Positions 1 through 18,002 are shown, counted from the stretch's first letter. The stretch: 64,000 nt of DNA from the human T2T-CHM13v2.0 reference genome, Homo sapiens (GCA_009914755.4 CP068257.2:20928001-20992000); one strand, 5' to 3'. A program made the numbers and translations. The notes: generated from the letters alone by a model not told the origin.

Positions 1-742
1 GCCATTTAGAACTATAAGAGGTTCACGAAAATTCAATGAATAACTTTCAAAATGAAAACAAGAAGGTTTCTCAAAATGAATATGTAAGATTCAATACAGA
101 ATGTTTAACAAAGGAATAAATTAACCTCTAAATAAATCAAAACATTAGTTGTTAGTATAAAAACACACACAAAAAAGTTCTAAATTATGATGATACTCAG
201 CAGGACCAGATTAAGTTACTGGGCAATACAAGCAAATAAACCGGTACAAGGGGAGAATGGGTGGGTGAGAAAGTCCTTTATTTTCCTTGTGTTGTTTGGA
301 AAGGTAGTAAATATATATGTTAAATGAGTAGTAGGTTAAGTCTACATGTTCTATTATTAAACGTGTTACTAAAGAATAAAAATGGACTTTAGGATTACAA
401 ATCTTAAAAATGGAATCAATTTAGCAGAAGGCAGAATAATAAAAAGCACACATTTAAGCGGTAGAAATGTACACATATATAAGTAATCACAATTAATGTA
501 ATTGGGCTAAATGTATTTCTTATAATAACGATTGTAACTGGATAGAAAACATTACACTTCATTCTTCTTTAGAAGAGACATTCTAAAGTAGATCAACAGA
601 TAAAGGTAAAAAGTAAAAAGAAGGAAAGCAAAATTGATGAATAAAAAGGGCAAACATTAAAAACATTTAAGCTAGTTAGGAAAAACAAAATAGGCTCTAA
701 CCATAAAGTGGTAATAAAAATAAAAATTAAAAAATGACTGCA

Positions 743-1075
<333 letters not shown>

Positions 1076-1438
1076 CTAAGACTCAGAAGCAGAGAAAATA
1101 AAAGATAATTTAAAATAATGAATGGGGAAAAACTTTGAAGAAAGGTAAAAAGGCCGGGGGAGACAGCCATAAATACATAAGAGTCAAAGCAAGAATGGGA
1201 GACAGAGGGTCGGGGGTTGACTTGTGAAAAATAGTTTCGGTAGAGAATCACAAGGTAACAAGGAGGCACTGTGAACAATGTCACACTCATACATTTTAAT
1301 TTTTAGTTGTAATAGAAAATACACTAATTTTTTCAAAGTAATTTTAGCAAACAGAAAACTCAACTTGTATATAAACATTAAAAACATTTAGTCAGTGATT
1401 TCATTTATATACCCAGCTCACAAGGTTATAAATGTTAA

Positions 1439-1691
<253 letters not shown>

Positions 1692-2562
1692 AAGAAAGAA
1701 ACTATTCTAACCTAAACCTGTCCTGAGTATTTTTAAAAAGGAGAAAATCTGTTAATTTTATTTTATGATTAAAGAATGTAGCAAAAATCTATAGCAAGTA
1801 TCATAGTTACTGTTGAAACATAAAAGACATTTCCTTTGACTTAAGAAAAGTTTAAAAAAGTAGCTATTATTCTATTTAACATTGTACTGAAAATCTTGGA
1901 GCATACAATTATACATTAAATTATAGCACAGAATAAAATTACAAATTATTACAAGGAGAAATCAGTATTTTATAACATTTAGGAACAGTTTAAAAAGTAG
2001 ATCAAACATCAAAAATTCCATTAACTTGGTGATTTTTTTCAAATATTAGTCATTCGTTTGAATTTTATAAATTCTGATAAAATTTCTATTTGTCAATATA
2101 AATTATTTTATTTTAACACTAATTTCTTAGCTGTGATAGTTGTATAATTTACTGACACAAATTTAATATTCATTCAGGAAATAGGTTTTCTTATGAAGAG
2201 TCAATATTTTTATCTGAAAGTATTAATCTATGCAGTAATTATAATCATGGAAAATAAATTTTAAAACTCAGTAGCATTTTATAACAATTTGTAAGAATCT
2301 CAATTTTTTACGAAAAGTCAAAGTAGATATTTAGCAGAAGAGATTATATGTATGGTTGGGTGTGGGTGTGAAGTACATACTGGGACATTCAAACGTGCGT
2401 CTCTTAAAATTACTATGTTTATAATTGACAGGGAAATTATATAATATTGACCTCATTACAATATTCAAATAATATTCATGATTATCCCATTTTGAATATT
2501 GTGCTTTCTTATGAAACAATATTACCAAGCATGATTCTATATGCAATGCTATGTATTTAAGG

Positions 2563-2868
2563 TTTTGTTTTGTTTTTGTTTTTTGGGGGGACAAGGTCTC
2601 ACTCTGTTGCCCAGGCTGGAGTGTTGTGGCACAATTACAGCTCACTACAGTCCAGACTTCCCCAGGCTCAGGTTATCCTCCCACCTCAGTCTCCTGAGAA
2701 GCTGAAACTACAAGCACATGCCACCATGCCTAGCTAATTTTTGTGTTTTCTGTAGAGACAGGGTTCCATCATGTTGTCCAAGCTAATCTCCATCACCTGG
2801 CCTCATGCAATCCTCCTACTCTGCCTCCCAAAGTGCTGGGATTACAGGCATGAGCCGCCTTGCCTAGT
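2563..2868 (-). mobile_element. Alu SINE, antisense, older and diverged (AluJ/S-like)
   Basis: T-rich leader, then gacaaggtctcactctgttgcccaggctggagtg ... cctcccaaagtgctgggattacaggcatgagccgcc. Confidence 0.9.
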
Positions 2869-3705
2869 CAGCATTATTCAAGATTTCATAAGGTAATTAT
2901 TACTCATTTGTATTACTTAAGCCATATTTTACATCATTTTAAAACATTTATCATTTTACTAAGTTAATTGTAATCTGAGTATGTTATTTTACATTTTTTT
3001 ATTCTCTTAATCACATTATTCTTTTCTGTCACTCTCTCTAGATCTTGCTGATTTCCACAATCAAGAAATACAGCAGCATATTGCTCCAAGCAACTAAGTT
3101 CAAATGCACAGACATTCTGAGTAATGTCTATCTGAATTTTTTCTTTGAGGAAAGTTATGTTGGAATCCATTTAAGATGAAAACTTTAAAAGGTACATGGT
3201 AAACTTTGCATTAAGTATGTGTCTGAATTTTATCTTTTCAATTTCCCTCTTGGCTCCAGAAGTTTGAAGCAATTAATCTTGAACATTAAAATACATTTGT
3301 GTTTGAAAAATCTTAATATGTTTAAACAGATAATGATTCTTATGTATTCTAGTTCCACATCTAAAAGATAACTCCACAACTTTAATTTTCTGTGAAGTTT
3401 ATATTCTCCCAGATGTTTACATTAATCTTAAAAGAACCTTTTACTATTTTCATTTATAATTAGGTCCAACAACAATAAGCATTTTGATAGGATATCAAAG
3501 TAATTTTTATTCACTATACCAACTCCAGAAACATTAAAAAAAAAGCTAAAAGGCAAAAATGACCACAAATGTTAACCTGTTTCTGCAATCTAATATAAAA
3601 TGTGAAACAATGGGAGAATTTAAAAGACACAAAAATAATGGGGAGGGGGTGCTATTATTTTGTGTTGGATAATCAAATAAATATTAACACAATGTTCTCA
3701 AAGTT

Positions 3706-3866
3706 CTTTTTTAGTTTTTTTTTTAATTTTTAAAATTTGTGTGGGTACATAGTAGGTGTATATGTTTATGGGGTGCATGAGATGTTTTGTTACAGGCATG
3801 TGATGTGAAATAAGCATTATGGGAAATGGGGTATCCATCCCCTCGAGCATTTATCCTTTGAATTCT
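3706..3866 (-). mobile_element. LINE-1 3'-terminal fragment (older primate L1 subfamily), antisense
   Basis: T-rich (reverse-complemented poly-A), then gtgggtacatagtaggtgtatatgtttatggggtgcatgagatgttttgttacaggcatgtgatgtgaaataagc ... ggggtatccatcccctcgagcatttatcctttg. This matches the reverse complement of the 3' end of older L1P/L1M elements. Family assigned from memory of the consensus. Confidence 0.6.
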
Positions 3867-6800
3867 AAATGAGGTAAGTAATCAGTTGAGGGGTGTATGG
3901 AGGAGTGGGAAGAACTTCCAAAAAAAGAGAAAAGCATGTGAAAGCATGGTAGAGAAAACTCCCTGCGTATATAGAATAAACTACATCTATTTCATTTGCC
4001 TTCCCAGACCCTTTCTCCCCTGACAGTTTGGAGCCCCCGGACGCTATACCTGAAACTATACTTACAAACTTTAGGGGGAGCTCTAACAAAGGCTCACCCA
4101 GGAGGAGCTGCGTGTCTTCCTAGTTCTAAATCACACAGGCATAGTCATTAATCCTGTCAGATGTTATTTTGTTTACAGGAAAAGACCGGGGCTCATTGAA
4201 CTAATCTTTTCTAAAAAATATAGTGATTCAGGCAAAAGACATGGGCACCTGTGCTCTGAGCTGCTTATTGTCTCCATGGCATTCTTCTGAAGGGCTGTGC
4301 TTAGTCACTGAGGCGGGGGCTTTCTGAAATTCTGCTGGCAAAGGATTTTGTGACATCCTGCTGGCAAGCAGAATGGGGAAACATGGTCTCTCATGTTTGC
4401 AACTTGTTCTCACCTCATCTCACCCTTGTTCTTTCAAGCCCAGGGGTAGGAATTCTCTGCCTCCTTCCATGGTTGTTAGCTGCAGCAGTTTTCTGTATCC
4501 CTGTTAAATATATATATATATATTTTTTTTTTTCTCTATCTGAACCAAAAGTAAATAAAAGACCACGTGTAATCCCATCCTAACCAAAAGGGATTGTTGT
4601 ATGTAGAATATGATTTTTTAAAAAATAATTTATAAAAATATTTATGAATGGAATACTTTCTACTTAATAACTAAGTTGTTTAGTTGGGGGACTTCTTCCA
4701 AGTAAGTGGAGAATTTATTCATGTATCTATGTAGTGAGAAGCCGCTAATGTCTTAGCAGAAAAGAAAAGAAAAGAAAAATCCTTAGATAATTATGGTGGA
4801 CGTAAACATTCAGCACTCCCTCCACCCCAGATATATTTATGTTTGAATCCCCGGAATCTGTGAGTATGTTCTTTACATGGCAAAAGAAATTTTGTAGGTG
4901 TGATTATGTTTAAGAACCTGGAGACAGGAAGACTTGCCTGGATTATCCAGGTGTGCCCAATCTAACATGAGTCTTTAAAAGCAGAGAACCTTTCACAATC
5001 ATGGTCAGAGAGTGAGAGATGACTAAGGAAGAAATAATCGGGGAATTCGACTTTGCTGGCTTAGAAGATGGAGGGAAGGGCCGGGAGCCAAGGAATACTG
5101 GTGAGCTCTAGAAGCTGAAAAAGGCAAGGAAATGAATTCTCTAAAGTTTCCAGGAATGATTTTAACTTGAGACCCATTTTACACTTCTGTTATACAGAAG
5201 ATGTGTTTACTGGTTTAATGCACTCAATTTGTGCTAATTTGTTATAACAGCAATAACGAATAAAACAATGGTAGCGATGATGCTTATGCTGATTATCAGA
5301 AGGGACATCGATATATGTAATATATTACAATACACTGAAGCCAGAGAAAACTGTGATGCTCTTCAGTGACTTCAGATAATTTTTTTACACCATGACTCTT
5401 CTTTTGTCTGACATTTTATAAAAAGTGTGCGAAAACATAATATTTTTAAATATTACTTCATCTACTTTGCATCCACCAGAATATCCTCAAATATTTTTGT
5501 TGTGTAAATGAGGCCTTGCTACAATTTTAGTGGTGATGAAGTAATTTTCTTACTGTTTATATAAAAGATTTTCTAGGAAGGGAGAACTAAATGACAATCG
5601 ATTACAGATATTAAGGTTACTAATGCTTTATAATTTAAAATAAAATTTTCTGAATTGCAATCCAGGTAATCCAAAACAATTTACATTTCCACAAGTAGTG
5701 CATGAGTGCCAACTGTCTCATGCTTTTGCACTAATTAACATGATTGCTTTTCAAACTTTGCAAATTTGGTGATTTAAAATAAAATGTCAAGTAGAATTAC
5801 TTAATTCTGATTGATATCATTCATTTATAATCTTTCTTATTGAATATTTGAAGTTATTATTTCAAAATTTTTTGTAAATAGGTAATTTCAGCCTACTGAA
5901 AAGATTGTAAACACAGTATTCAATGTAACTCATGTTTGAAACATGTAAAACTTTCATAGAAGTAGGGAAAAGGCAAACAGAAAACGGTGGTTTTTAATAA
6001 CTGTTCAAATTGCTGGATTAATGAGATGACATATTAAATTTGAGAGAAAGTGAAACAGAGAAAGATGTTCCATGCAAGCTGCATGTGTAAACAATACCAT
6101 TTTGGATGAATGGTCTACTTCATTTTATGTACCTAGGGAAGATTCTTTGTGTGGGTGAAAGAATATTCAAACACTTATAGGAAACATTGACCGTCAATAT
6201 ATTGAAAGACCTGGGAAAAATATTCACCTATTATCCTTATAAATTTAACTCAAGCTATTAATTGTTAATCTATCAGTAATTATCATATCAATAATTTATA
6301 AATATATAAATTTTAAATTTTCAAAAATATACAAATGTTTTTAAATATGCAATATAATGCACTAAAATAAATATTACTGAATTCATAGAAGAAACTCATT
6401 ATTTACTTAAAAAGAGTTTGCTGTTGTATTTACATGAATCAATTGCAGATATCTATTTCAACCTGGATTCTCTAAAACCACAATACAGTAGTTCCCCACT
6501 TCCTTAACCATGGCAGATACATTCCAAGATCACCAGTGGATGCCTGAAACCATGCATAGTACTAAACCTTATATATGCTATGTTTTTTTTCTTCTATATA
6601 TACATACCTATTATAAAGTTTAATTTATAAATTAGGCTACCATAGGAGATTAACAATATAAAACAGAACAATGATAAAAATATACCATAATAAAAGTTAC
6701 ATGAGCATGGTCTCTTTCTTCCTTTCTCTTTCTTTTTCTCTTCTCTCCATATGATTGACCATGGGTATGGTAAATGAAGCTATGGAAAACAGAAACATGG

Positions 6801-7192
6801 ATAAGGGAAGACTAGCCAAGTCTAAGAAGAAAAAATGAATAGTTGATTTAAATAGTTTAAAAACATTTATGGCAGTTCTGTATAATGAAGCGATCCACAT
6901 AAACTATAGTAACTTACTATATGTATTTTACTAAACTTTTCAGTAGTCCATGGTGTTTTCTTGATCATATACTTTTCCCAAAACATGAATATGGTTAATA
7001 CAAACATATAAATATTACAGTAGGTAGTCAGGCAGACATGAGCAGGGCAGGAGAGCCCCCCCACACACAACCACTCCCGCCCCCCGCCAACCAGGAGTGT
7101 CAGGCGACCATCACGTGATGGTCAGACAGTTGTTAACTGTATCTTTAAAATAATAATTGGTCACAGGCAGCACTTGGAAAAGGCAGTCTCCC

Positions 7193-8236
<1,044 letters not shown>

Positions 8237-9060
8237 CTATTTCTGCTCTAAAGCTTTTTAATAAATGTTCACTCCTACTCTAAAACGTGCCTTAGCCTCT
8301 CCTTCTTCCTTATGCCCCTCAGTCTAATTCTTTCTTCTGAGGGGCAAGAATTGAGGTTCTTGCAGACCTGTATGGATTCACTGCCAATAACTCAGATACC
8401 CACCACTGATAACAGAAACATTTGTTATGTTTCATATTTTGTTTATGAATATGCTCTGAAAATCACAATTATAGAAGCTCTTTTCACAGGTCATAAAAGA
8501 CCCATAGGAAAATATAAACAAACAAAAAATAAGTCACATAGAGATACAGTCACTAACACAGAAATGATAAACTCTGTAATTCTCTTAACCTGCAGATTTG
8601 TTTCACATTGTGGATGACAAATGACATACAATGATTATAGTTATCCACTGTCATACTTGGAGAGATTATTTAATTATGCTATATGCTACATTTTCACATG
8701 AATGAATTAAGAAAGATGTTATGGCCAAATGCACAGCATTTCCCACAGCTGCTTAGATAAGTAAATAAATCAAACAGTTATTTCCTAATCACACTAGCAA
8801 CCATGGATAGCTCACAAGAAGGCAAGCAGTAGTAATCACCTCCTTAGGCTAGCTGTTTAATTTATCATGGTGGCAGTATGAAATGCAAGTCTCTGCAAAG
8901 AATCTCAGTGAAATAGCCTCTAAAGCATGGCCAGTTACAGTCTACTATTAGTATAATCATGCAATAAGAAAAAATGTAAAAGGTGTAATTGAAATATTTA
9001 AGAAAAACTACTAGTGATTAAATGTGCTTGATGCAGTGGTACAGTAAATTTCTGAAGTTT

Positions 9061-9358
9061 TGTTTATTTATTTTTGAGACAGAGTCTTGCTCTGTCACCC
9101 AGGGTGGAGTGCAGTGGTGCAATCTTTGCTCACTGCAAACCTCCGCCTCCCAGGTTCAAGCGATTCTTTTGCCTAAGCCTCTTGAGTAGCTGGGATTAAA
9201 GGCACCCGCCACCATGCCTGGCTAATTTTTGTATTTTTAGTAGAGACAGGGTTTCCCCATGTTGGTCAGGCTGGTCTCAAACTCCTGACCTTAAGCGATC
9301 CACCCGCCTCAGCCTCCCAAAGTGCAAGAATTACATGTGTGAGCCACCGCATTCAGCC
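9061..9358 (-). mobile_element. Alu SINE, antisense
   Basis: tttgagacagagtcttgctctgtcacccagggtggagtgcagtggtgcaatc ... gtgtgagccaccgcattcagcc. Confidence 0.93.
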
Positions 9359-10085
9359 TATTTCTTAAGTTTTAAATGTAAATATCTGCGGTTCACAATA
9401 TAGACAGCCAATAAATAGGCTCAATAGAAAAATAAAATTTGATTAAAACTAACTCTATCCCCAGGGAACTGGCTTTCTTCAGGACGTTTCTAGTAAGACT
9501 AGGACAGAATATAGCTGAACAAGCTAACAGATATCTGGCATACTCTCCCAATCACATGTCCTTCTTAAAATTAAAAATTGAATATGAAAATCTAGAAATA
9601 GATTTTCTAGAAACATGCTGAAAAATGTTACATGCTGAAGCATTCTACAAGATTTAGTAACAATTCTACGTATGAAGAATTCAAAGAAATCTTTATGATT
9701 AACAATGAGGGAGAATCATATTTAAGTACCATGCACAAGTTCACTATCCAATGGAAAAAGATAGAATTTGAGTTAAATCTGTATCATGTATTTTTGAGGA
9801 TTTCCATGTAAGACAGGCTACAAGGGTCTGGAAGAACTAAACTATCTCATACCTCTAACAAAATTTAAATTCGCTAGTGAGATTGTGAAGTGAAAGTAAG
9901 TAGCTTGTCGTAATATTTAAATTAAGCAGAAGAAAAACATTATACATTACAGGTGATAAATATCTATGATTTAAATAACATCTTATCTTATAAAGTTATA
10001 CTATAAAAACTTCCTCCTCTACTCCCCAACCATTGAACTCTGAAATGTAAAGTAAAAGTATTGTGTATGAAAATAAGACTCTTTA

Positions 10086-10376
10086 GGCCAGGCATGGTGG
10101 CTCACACCTGTAATCCCAGCACTTTGGGAGGCCAAGGTGGGTGGATCACGAGGTCAAGAGTTCAAGACCAGCCTGGCCAAAATGGTGAAACGCTATCTCT
10201 ACTAAAAATTAAAAAATTTGCCGGGCGTGGTGGCGGGTGCCTATAATTCCAGCTACTGGGGAGGCTGAGGCAGAGAATTGCTTGAACCCAGGAGGCAAAG
10301 GTCGCAGTGAGCCAATAGCACACCACTGCACTCCAGCCTGGGCGACAGAGCAAGACACCATCTCAAAAAAAAAAAA
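10086..10376 (+). mobile_element. Alu SINE, sense
   Basis: ggccaggcatggtggctcacacctgtaatcccagcactttgggaggccaaggtgggtggatcacgaggtcaag ... gcaagacaccatctc plus A11. Confidence 0.95.
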
Positions 10377-10508
10377 GAGACCTTTTTTTTTTTTAAGTAG
10401 GATGCATACGGAAACTTTAATATTTTCAAGTAGAGTCCATACTGAATTATTTCTGACTCCATATCTAGAAAGGAATTCAGATGACAATTGTAAATTTATG
10501 GACTGCTT

Positions 10509-10588
10509 CAAATATAGTGAGGCAATTAGGAAATGTAAAAATAGGTGTCAAATATAGTGAGGCAATTAGGAAATGTAAAAATAGGTGT
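10509..10588. repeat. Perfect 40-bp tandem duplication (2 copies, plus an 8-nt start of a third)
   Basis: caaatatagtgaggcaattaggaaatgtaaaaataggtgt occurs twice back to back (10509-10548 and 10549-10588), followed by caaatata. Confidence 0.9.
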
Positions 10589-12773
10589 CAAATATATTTC
10601 ATTAAAAATGAATGACAATTCACTGTGCCATTAATTTAATGGTAACAAAGATAACTTTTGAAAATTTTTGAGTCGTACCTCCAATAGAATTTAAGAAGCT
10701 ATTGTACATGTGAAATAAGAACAAAGGTTTATGAAAAAAATCAAATTAGAAAAACCATACCCAAGAATGAGAAAAAAATAACTTACAACTTCTGATTTCA
10801 AGTTATGGTGCAGGTAGTGAAAAAAAAGTTGTAATCTCAAGCCTTAAACCAGTAATGATACTCTCTAGGGTATGAGTAAATTGATCCCTGGTAATCAAAG
10901 AGTGGTTCTCAACCAGCAAAATCGGTTTCTTCTAGGAACTACTTAAAAAGCAAAATCTTGAGCCCCACCCTCCACTGAATCAAAGCTCCTCTTATTTCCT
11001 CCTTTTTACAAGATTTACTACTGAGTTACATGCAAATTAATACAGCCAAATACTATCCTAAGGCCAGATTCCAGAGGGATTTACTAGGCTACTTTCCAAA
11101 TTCTCTGCAACCAGCAAGGCCAGTGAATAGTAGCCGTAAAATAATGTGGGTGTGAAATAATTTGTTTACTGGCACAATTACTGATCAAATATATACACAC
11201 AAAAAAAACTAATATGTTGTTCTTAGAAATTATTTTACATATCACCTAAAGTGTTTCTCATATTTTTTAATTTGCACAATCCTTTCTTACAGTCTTCCCT
11301 ACATTTTTGCAACCTGTGGCTAAACAGACCATATTTTGTACTGTCCTATTAATTGTTTATTTTGAATTGCTTTTTGTAAATATGTGTTTTTACATTAAGG
11401 GGACCTCCAAGTTATTCTTTAAACGCTCCATTTTCTTTTAAGCGAACATTTTATTTGTTGACAGAATACAAGATTCTGAAGTTGGTTTTTAATGTCTCCA
11501 ATTTGTTGTTTCTGTTATTTTTTGTTGCTTTTCCCCAATGTCTTGGTAATCTGAGCACAGGTCCCTGGCTTCAGTCACCATACTGACTTTAACTATAGTT
11601 TAAAAACCTGAAACTCCATCTTTCTGAGTAAAATATAGTATCCTCTGAACAATCATCCCACTGAATAATGAGGTAGAAGATATTTTAGAGGTGGAACAAA
11701 GTTACATGCAGGAAAAAAACAGTAGATCCAATCTATGAATAATAAGAATGTTTTAAAAAGGATATAACAAAATAAATAAAATCGTAAAATTTTACTGTTG
11801 TAAATTTAAAATAGAATGCTTTCAATATGTTACAGACAAAGGTGATATAATGCGAAAATACCTCAAAACACTCCTTATAGTCAAGAACACAGAGAGTAGA
11901 ATCTTTAATGGACAGAAAAGAATGCTGTAACATCTCTAAAATCTCAAAAAGCGGTTTAGGTTCTATATATGAAAATATATATGACTCAAAAAGCAAATAA
12001 ACTTTCCAAATTATTATCATGAAGGCTTATGTCCAAAATATAAACTATATCAGCAGAAAAGTTTTGAAAAATATATTTTAAAGAATCATATTAAAAAATA
12101 GACAATAACTAGTAAATGCAATTGAATGCACAATTTCCTAAATAATTGTTTAGAATATGGTTGGCAGATAATGGAAATAACGGGGCAGTTGATGGATTGA
12201 CAAAAAGTTTGTGCTATTTATTTAATATACATACAATTGGGAAAGTTGAAAATTAAAACTTCTATTTACAACCAAAAAGAAACTAATAAATTAGGAAAAT
12301 TACATGAAGTAGATTTTTAGGAATATAAACTAGGATATTCAGATGAAAATAAAACATTTTATTAGTCAACAAAAAGCACATTTAAACAATGTAATATCAG
12401 GTTACATCCAAAATAAAATAAACATAGAAAATGTACATATTAGCAAGAAATGGTGAAGTGAAAAGTTTAGGTGTTAATGCTAACAGCATGAAATGATCCA
12501 GCCATTTAGAGAGCAGTTTGTCACTATTTGGTGAAACTTAACTCCACAATTTCTTTCCTGGGAATATACTTCATAAAACTCTAGCATAATCATAGAAATG
12601 GACATGCGTGAGAATATTCATTAGAGTATTTTATGTGATAGCAAAGTCTTTCAAGAACGTAAATGTTCATCAGTTCTTAAAAGGATAGATAAAATGTGGC
12701 ATACGTGCACCATGTAACAGTGTAACTTTCAAAATACATTTAAATTGATTAGTTTTTCATGGAGCAATGTTGA

Positions 12774-13096
<323 letters not shown>

Positions 13097-13103
13097 GATA
13101 TGG

Positions 13104-13390
13104 TCTATTTTTTTCAACCAGGCTTGAGTGCAGTGGCGATCATGACTTATGGCTCACTGCATCACTGTAGCTTTGACCTCCTAGGCTCAAGTGATCCTCC
13201 CACCTCACCCTCCCAAGTAGCTGGGACCACAGGCATGTACCAGGATGCCTAGTTAATTTTTTGGTATTTTTTGTAGAGATGGGGTTTTGCCTGTGTTGCC
13301 CAGCTGTTCTCAAACCCCTGAACTCAAGTAATCCGCCCGCCCCGGCCTCCCGAAGGGCTGGGATTACAGGAATGTGCCACCGTGTTTGGC
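13104..13390 (-). mobile_element. Alu SINE, antisense, older (AluJ-like), directly abutting the preceding Alu
   Basis: tttttttcaaccaggcttgagtgcagtggcgatcatgacttatggctcactgcatcactgtagctttgacctcctaggctcaagtgatcctcc ... ggaatgtgccaccgtgtttggc. Confidence 0.9.
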
Positions 13391-16300
13391 TAGAAATGTT
13401 GACAGTTCTAAAGAAATGTTGAATAAAATAAGTGACAAAGAGAACAAACTTTTTAGCACAATTCATAAATGTATATTACAGCCAGTACACACACACAAAA
13501 TTAACAGTACATAATGTTTATAGATTTATAATTATGTAAATAGATTTATGATTATTGTCAAAGCACAAAATAATTACATATAGTTCATTTCTGTTGGGAA
13601 AAGGCCATGTATAAGTCATAATATGTGCATATTGGCAGCCATTGATTACAGTGGTAAGAATTACTTTGAATTTTGGGTAATCATTTTCTCTAATGGCATT
13701 ATATTTTCCCCTCATTGAAGAATTTTGCTTCATCCTGCTTATTTGGGAAAATATATTTTGGGGAGGGAGGGAATTTTTAAGAGGCAAAGCAAAAAAATTA
13801 TAATGTCTGATTATAGCATTATATTGCTGACACCTTGGGTGAAGTGAAAGTGGATCTCAAATCTTAAAGGAATGTGAACGAAATGAGTACTTGAACCCCT
13901 GTGGATAGATGTAGAAAAATTAAAGGTATTTGAAAATTTTAGTAGCTATGAAAAGTGATTGCCATTGTGAAGCCTGCTGTTTTCTTTTAAAACATGGCAA
14001 TAATGTATAAATTAAATTGCAACAGGAAGTTCATATTCTAGAATACTCAGTTGTTCTGCATGCAGAGTTGGATAAATGGAAAATATATGATAATTATACA
14101 GCATAAGGGGTAAAGAATTTCTAATCAGCTTAAATGTTTTAAAATTAGCCACTTACAGAAAAAAAGAGCAGTTAATTTTAAAAAATCAAGCTAAAAGGAG
14201 TTAATTTCAAGAAAACAGGATTCAGATAAGATATAATGGCCTAGATTATAATTTAATAAAAGTAAAGAGTATGCTTTTTTATTAATAAATATGTTTTTAT
14301 AAGTTAAAAAGAAAATGATTACAGTAGCCACTTTGGTACTTTAAGCTGAAGGCATTATGTGACCATATAGTGAAGTAGTTTTAAAACCAACCCAATTTTC
14401 CCATAGAACTGAACGGTTTCTTTTGAATACACCTAGAAATGGACTCTGTCAGTCTTGAAATATGAGAAAGTTACATTTGTCTTATCTGAGTTTCTTTCTC
14501 AGGAGACCAACTAGCAGGCCTCCCAAATAGTATCAAGGAACTGAAACTTATCATTGCATCTGGACAATGAGATGTCAGACTTCTCCCCTAGCATGATTGC
14601 CTAACCGACCACCTGTTTCCTGTTGACCAACTCTTCCTCATTACCCCTCCCTAATTCCTGTTCCTTCAGGTAGTTACATTTCCGCTATATAAATTCCTAA
14701 TTTTAGTTGGTTAGGTAAATGGATTTGAGACTGATCGCCCATCTCCTCAGCTGCAACTCCTAATTAAAGCCTCTTCCCTGGCAATACTCATTGTCTTAGT
14801 GATTGGCTTTCTGTGCATGAGTAGCAGCATTTAAACAGAACCCCTGGATTTTTGGTTAGTTTCTCCTTACAAAGTGAACATTACAGATATGTATTATTAG
14901 TGTGGAATATGTTAAGATGAAGATCACTTCCTCTCTAAAATATATTAACATTTGATAACAGTTATAAATATTTCCAAAATGTTGCTCCTTGATGTGAAAC
15001 TTCGATTACGTAAATTAATAGCCTTTAATACTGACACTCGTCTAGAGTAACAGTTTGACAGTGATATTGTCCTAAATTTTAGGTAGCAGGTTGAAGATTA
15101 AAATGATTAAGCAAGTCGTTCAATATCCTTGAAAAAGTCTAAAGAACGGATAAAAGATTGCATCAGAGATTAAAATATAATGATAAAGGCAAATTGCCCA
15201 GGAAAAATGTAGGATGCCCCAGATGTTTATTGTCAGAAATGAAAAATACATCATCTTTGATTAACACGTACTTAAAGCACTTGTGAACTAACTCACAGCA
15301 GCTGATCCCTAGAATACTTTGTTACCTGTTACTATAGGTGCTTACTCAGCTTTTCCTTTTATTGTATTCGAGGATGTTTTTGAACACAGTCCCCAGAGAA
15401 TAAAGCGACAGAACCCTTCTCTCTGCTTCATGGTTAGGACTCTCCTGTTAACTTTACCTAAAGAACTGCAGCTTAGCTGGGCAGGTTCCCTTTGTCCCAG
15501 TTAAGTTGGGAACCAGATTGAGCATTTAATAACTGCTTTGGGATATTTTTTATAAGGGAAGGTCTTTCAAATAAACATCAAGATTTGATGAAGTACAGGT
15601 TGTGTGACTACAGCCAAGCAGATCATAGGGATTGAAGAAGGAAAAAAAATCAGTTACTATTATCCTTAGATATCAGCAGAAGTCTGTTAAGTCAAAACTA
15701 TTTCATATTAAGATTAACATGGTATTTTTATTATTTGTCTTTATGTTGACATTTAGTTTGATGATGCAAACCAGATGTGAGACAAAACTGCTGGTGCCTT
15801 AGCCCAAATTAAGGTAATGACAATTGACCTAGTAGCCATGTTTTTCAATGTTACATACTCAGATAAAAAAAAAAAAAGAAAATTATAAGGTCAGTTTCAG
15901 TAAGAAATACCCATTATAAAATAGGGAATATATATGAATATATGTATACATATATATAATATATATCCATACATATGTATGCATATATATAATCTCAATA
16001 CATTTTAATATGCCATGTGATGAAATGAGATATACATATAAAGAACTTATGCTTCACACCAATAGATGTTTTGAGAAAAAGCACTTTGGAAAGTATCAAA
16101 ACAGACAAACTGATTATTCAGAAGTGGACATTTGACAGATATTCTCTTGAAAATGAATGAAGTGAGCCTATCACTTTAAAAAATAAACAGAATTTTTGCC
16201 AATGATAAAATTAGAGCTTTCAAGTACAAAACCTAGTATTGCAGAAAACTTGTATCTGCCTTCTTAAAATTGACATGTTCTCGATGCTTAAGGAATTTTC

Positions 16301-16432
16301 TGATGACATTGGCCATGATATTAACAATGAACATGATCTTGATGTTGTTTAACCGAAGATGTCAACATTTGGAAGATCTGCAGAATTATTGAACCAAGAT
16401 TATTCAAATGACAATATAAAAATCATGCATAG

Positions 16433-16795
<363 letters not shown>

Positions 16796-17690
16796 TAGAT
16801 TTTAAGGAAACAATACAGAAAACGTTCTCTGATATGGTTTTGGATTCCACATTGTAACTAACCCTTAAGAAACTACAAATAGTCAAGTTTTGGTATAGTA
16901 TTAAAGTTGAATAGTCACAATTATCTTTAAAATTTGTTTAAATACTTCTTTCTTCTTCAATGTTATACTTATGGGAGGCAAGGTTTTTTGTGTTATGTTT
17001 TTCTGCATATACTTCAAACAAATAGCATATTGAAACATTTTAAATAGAGAAGATATGAAAATTCAGCTGCTTTCTATTGTCCAATATTTGACAGATGTTT
17101 AAAAATGTGTAACAATGCTACTCTTCACACTAAATTTTTGTTATAGGAAATAGATTTTTTAAAAATTCTTCTTAATAAATAATAGTGTTATTTTTAAAAG
17201 AATAAATACATTCATGTTTCTCAGTTTTAAGCTTTAATATGGCATGTATTGATAGATACACCTCACATAAATAAAATAACTTTATGGTTTTCAATAATTT
17301 TTAAGAGATTATGTGGTTGTCAATTCAAAAATTTGAGAACTCACCTAGTACTACTAGATTGGTTTCATTCCTTTCATAAAACTTTTTAATAGGAGATACT
17401 TACTCACTTTTCAAATGCTTTGTATGTTAACTTACCTCCAACTTTTTTATTTGGACATTTTCATTTGAATACATTCATTCCTGTTGAGCCAAAAACAATT
17501 TGAAATTTTGTTAATTATTTTTATTATTCTACCATTTTCTTACTATAATTTAATTGCTAGTTATTTGGTTTCTATAGGTCGGTTTTTTTTTTTAGTATAC
17601 ATTTTATCACTATGCCATTACTCTCCTTAGATTCTTCAATGATAGTTTTCTAAAATTCTACCCTGCATAATTAAAAAACATACATCTTCT

Positions 17691-18002
<312 letters not shown>

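Noticed and set aside
3870-4140. A moderately GC-rich unique segment with a 74-aa minus-strand ORF (3865-4089)
   Set aside because: It has no splice signals, homology or repeat identity that I could establish. It is possibly an old unclassified repeat fossil, but the evidence is insufficient to call it anything.
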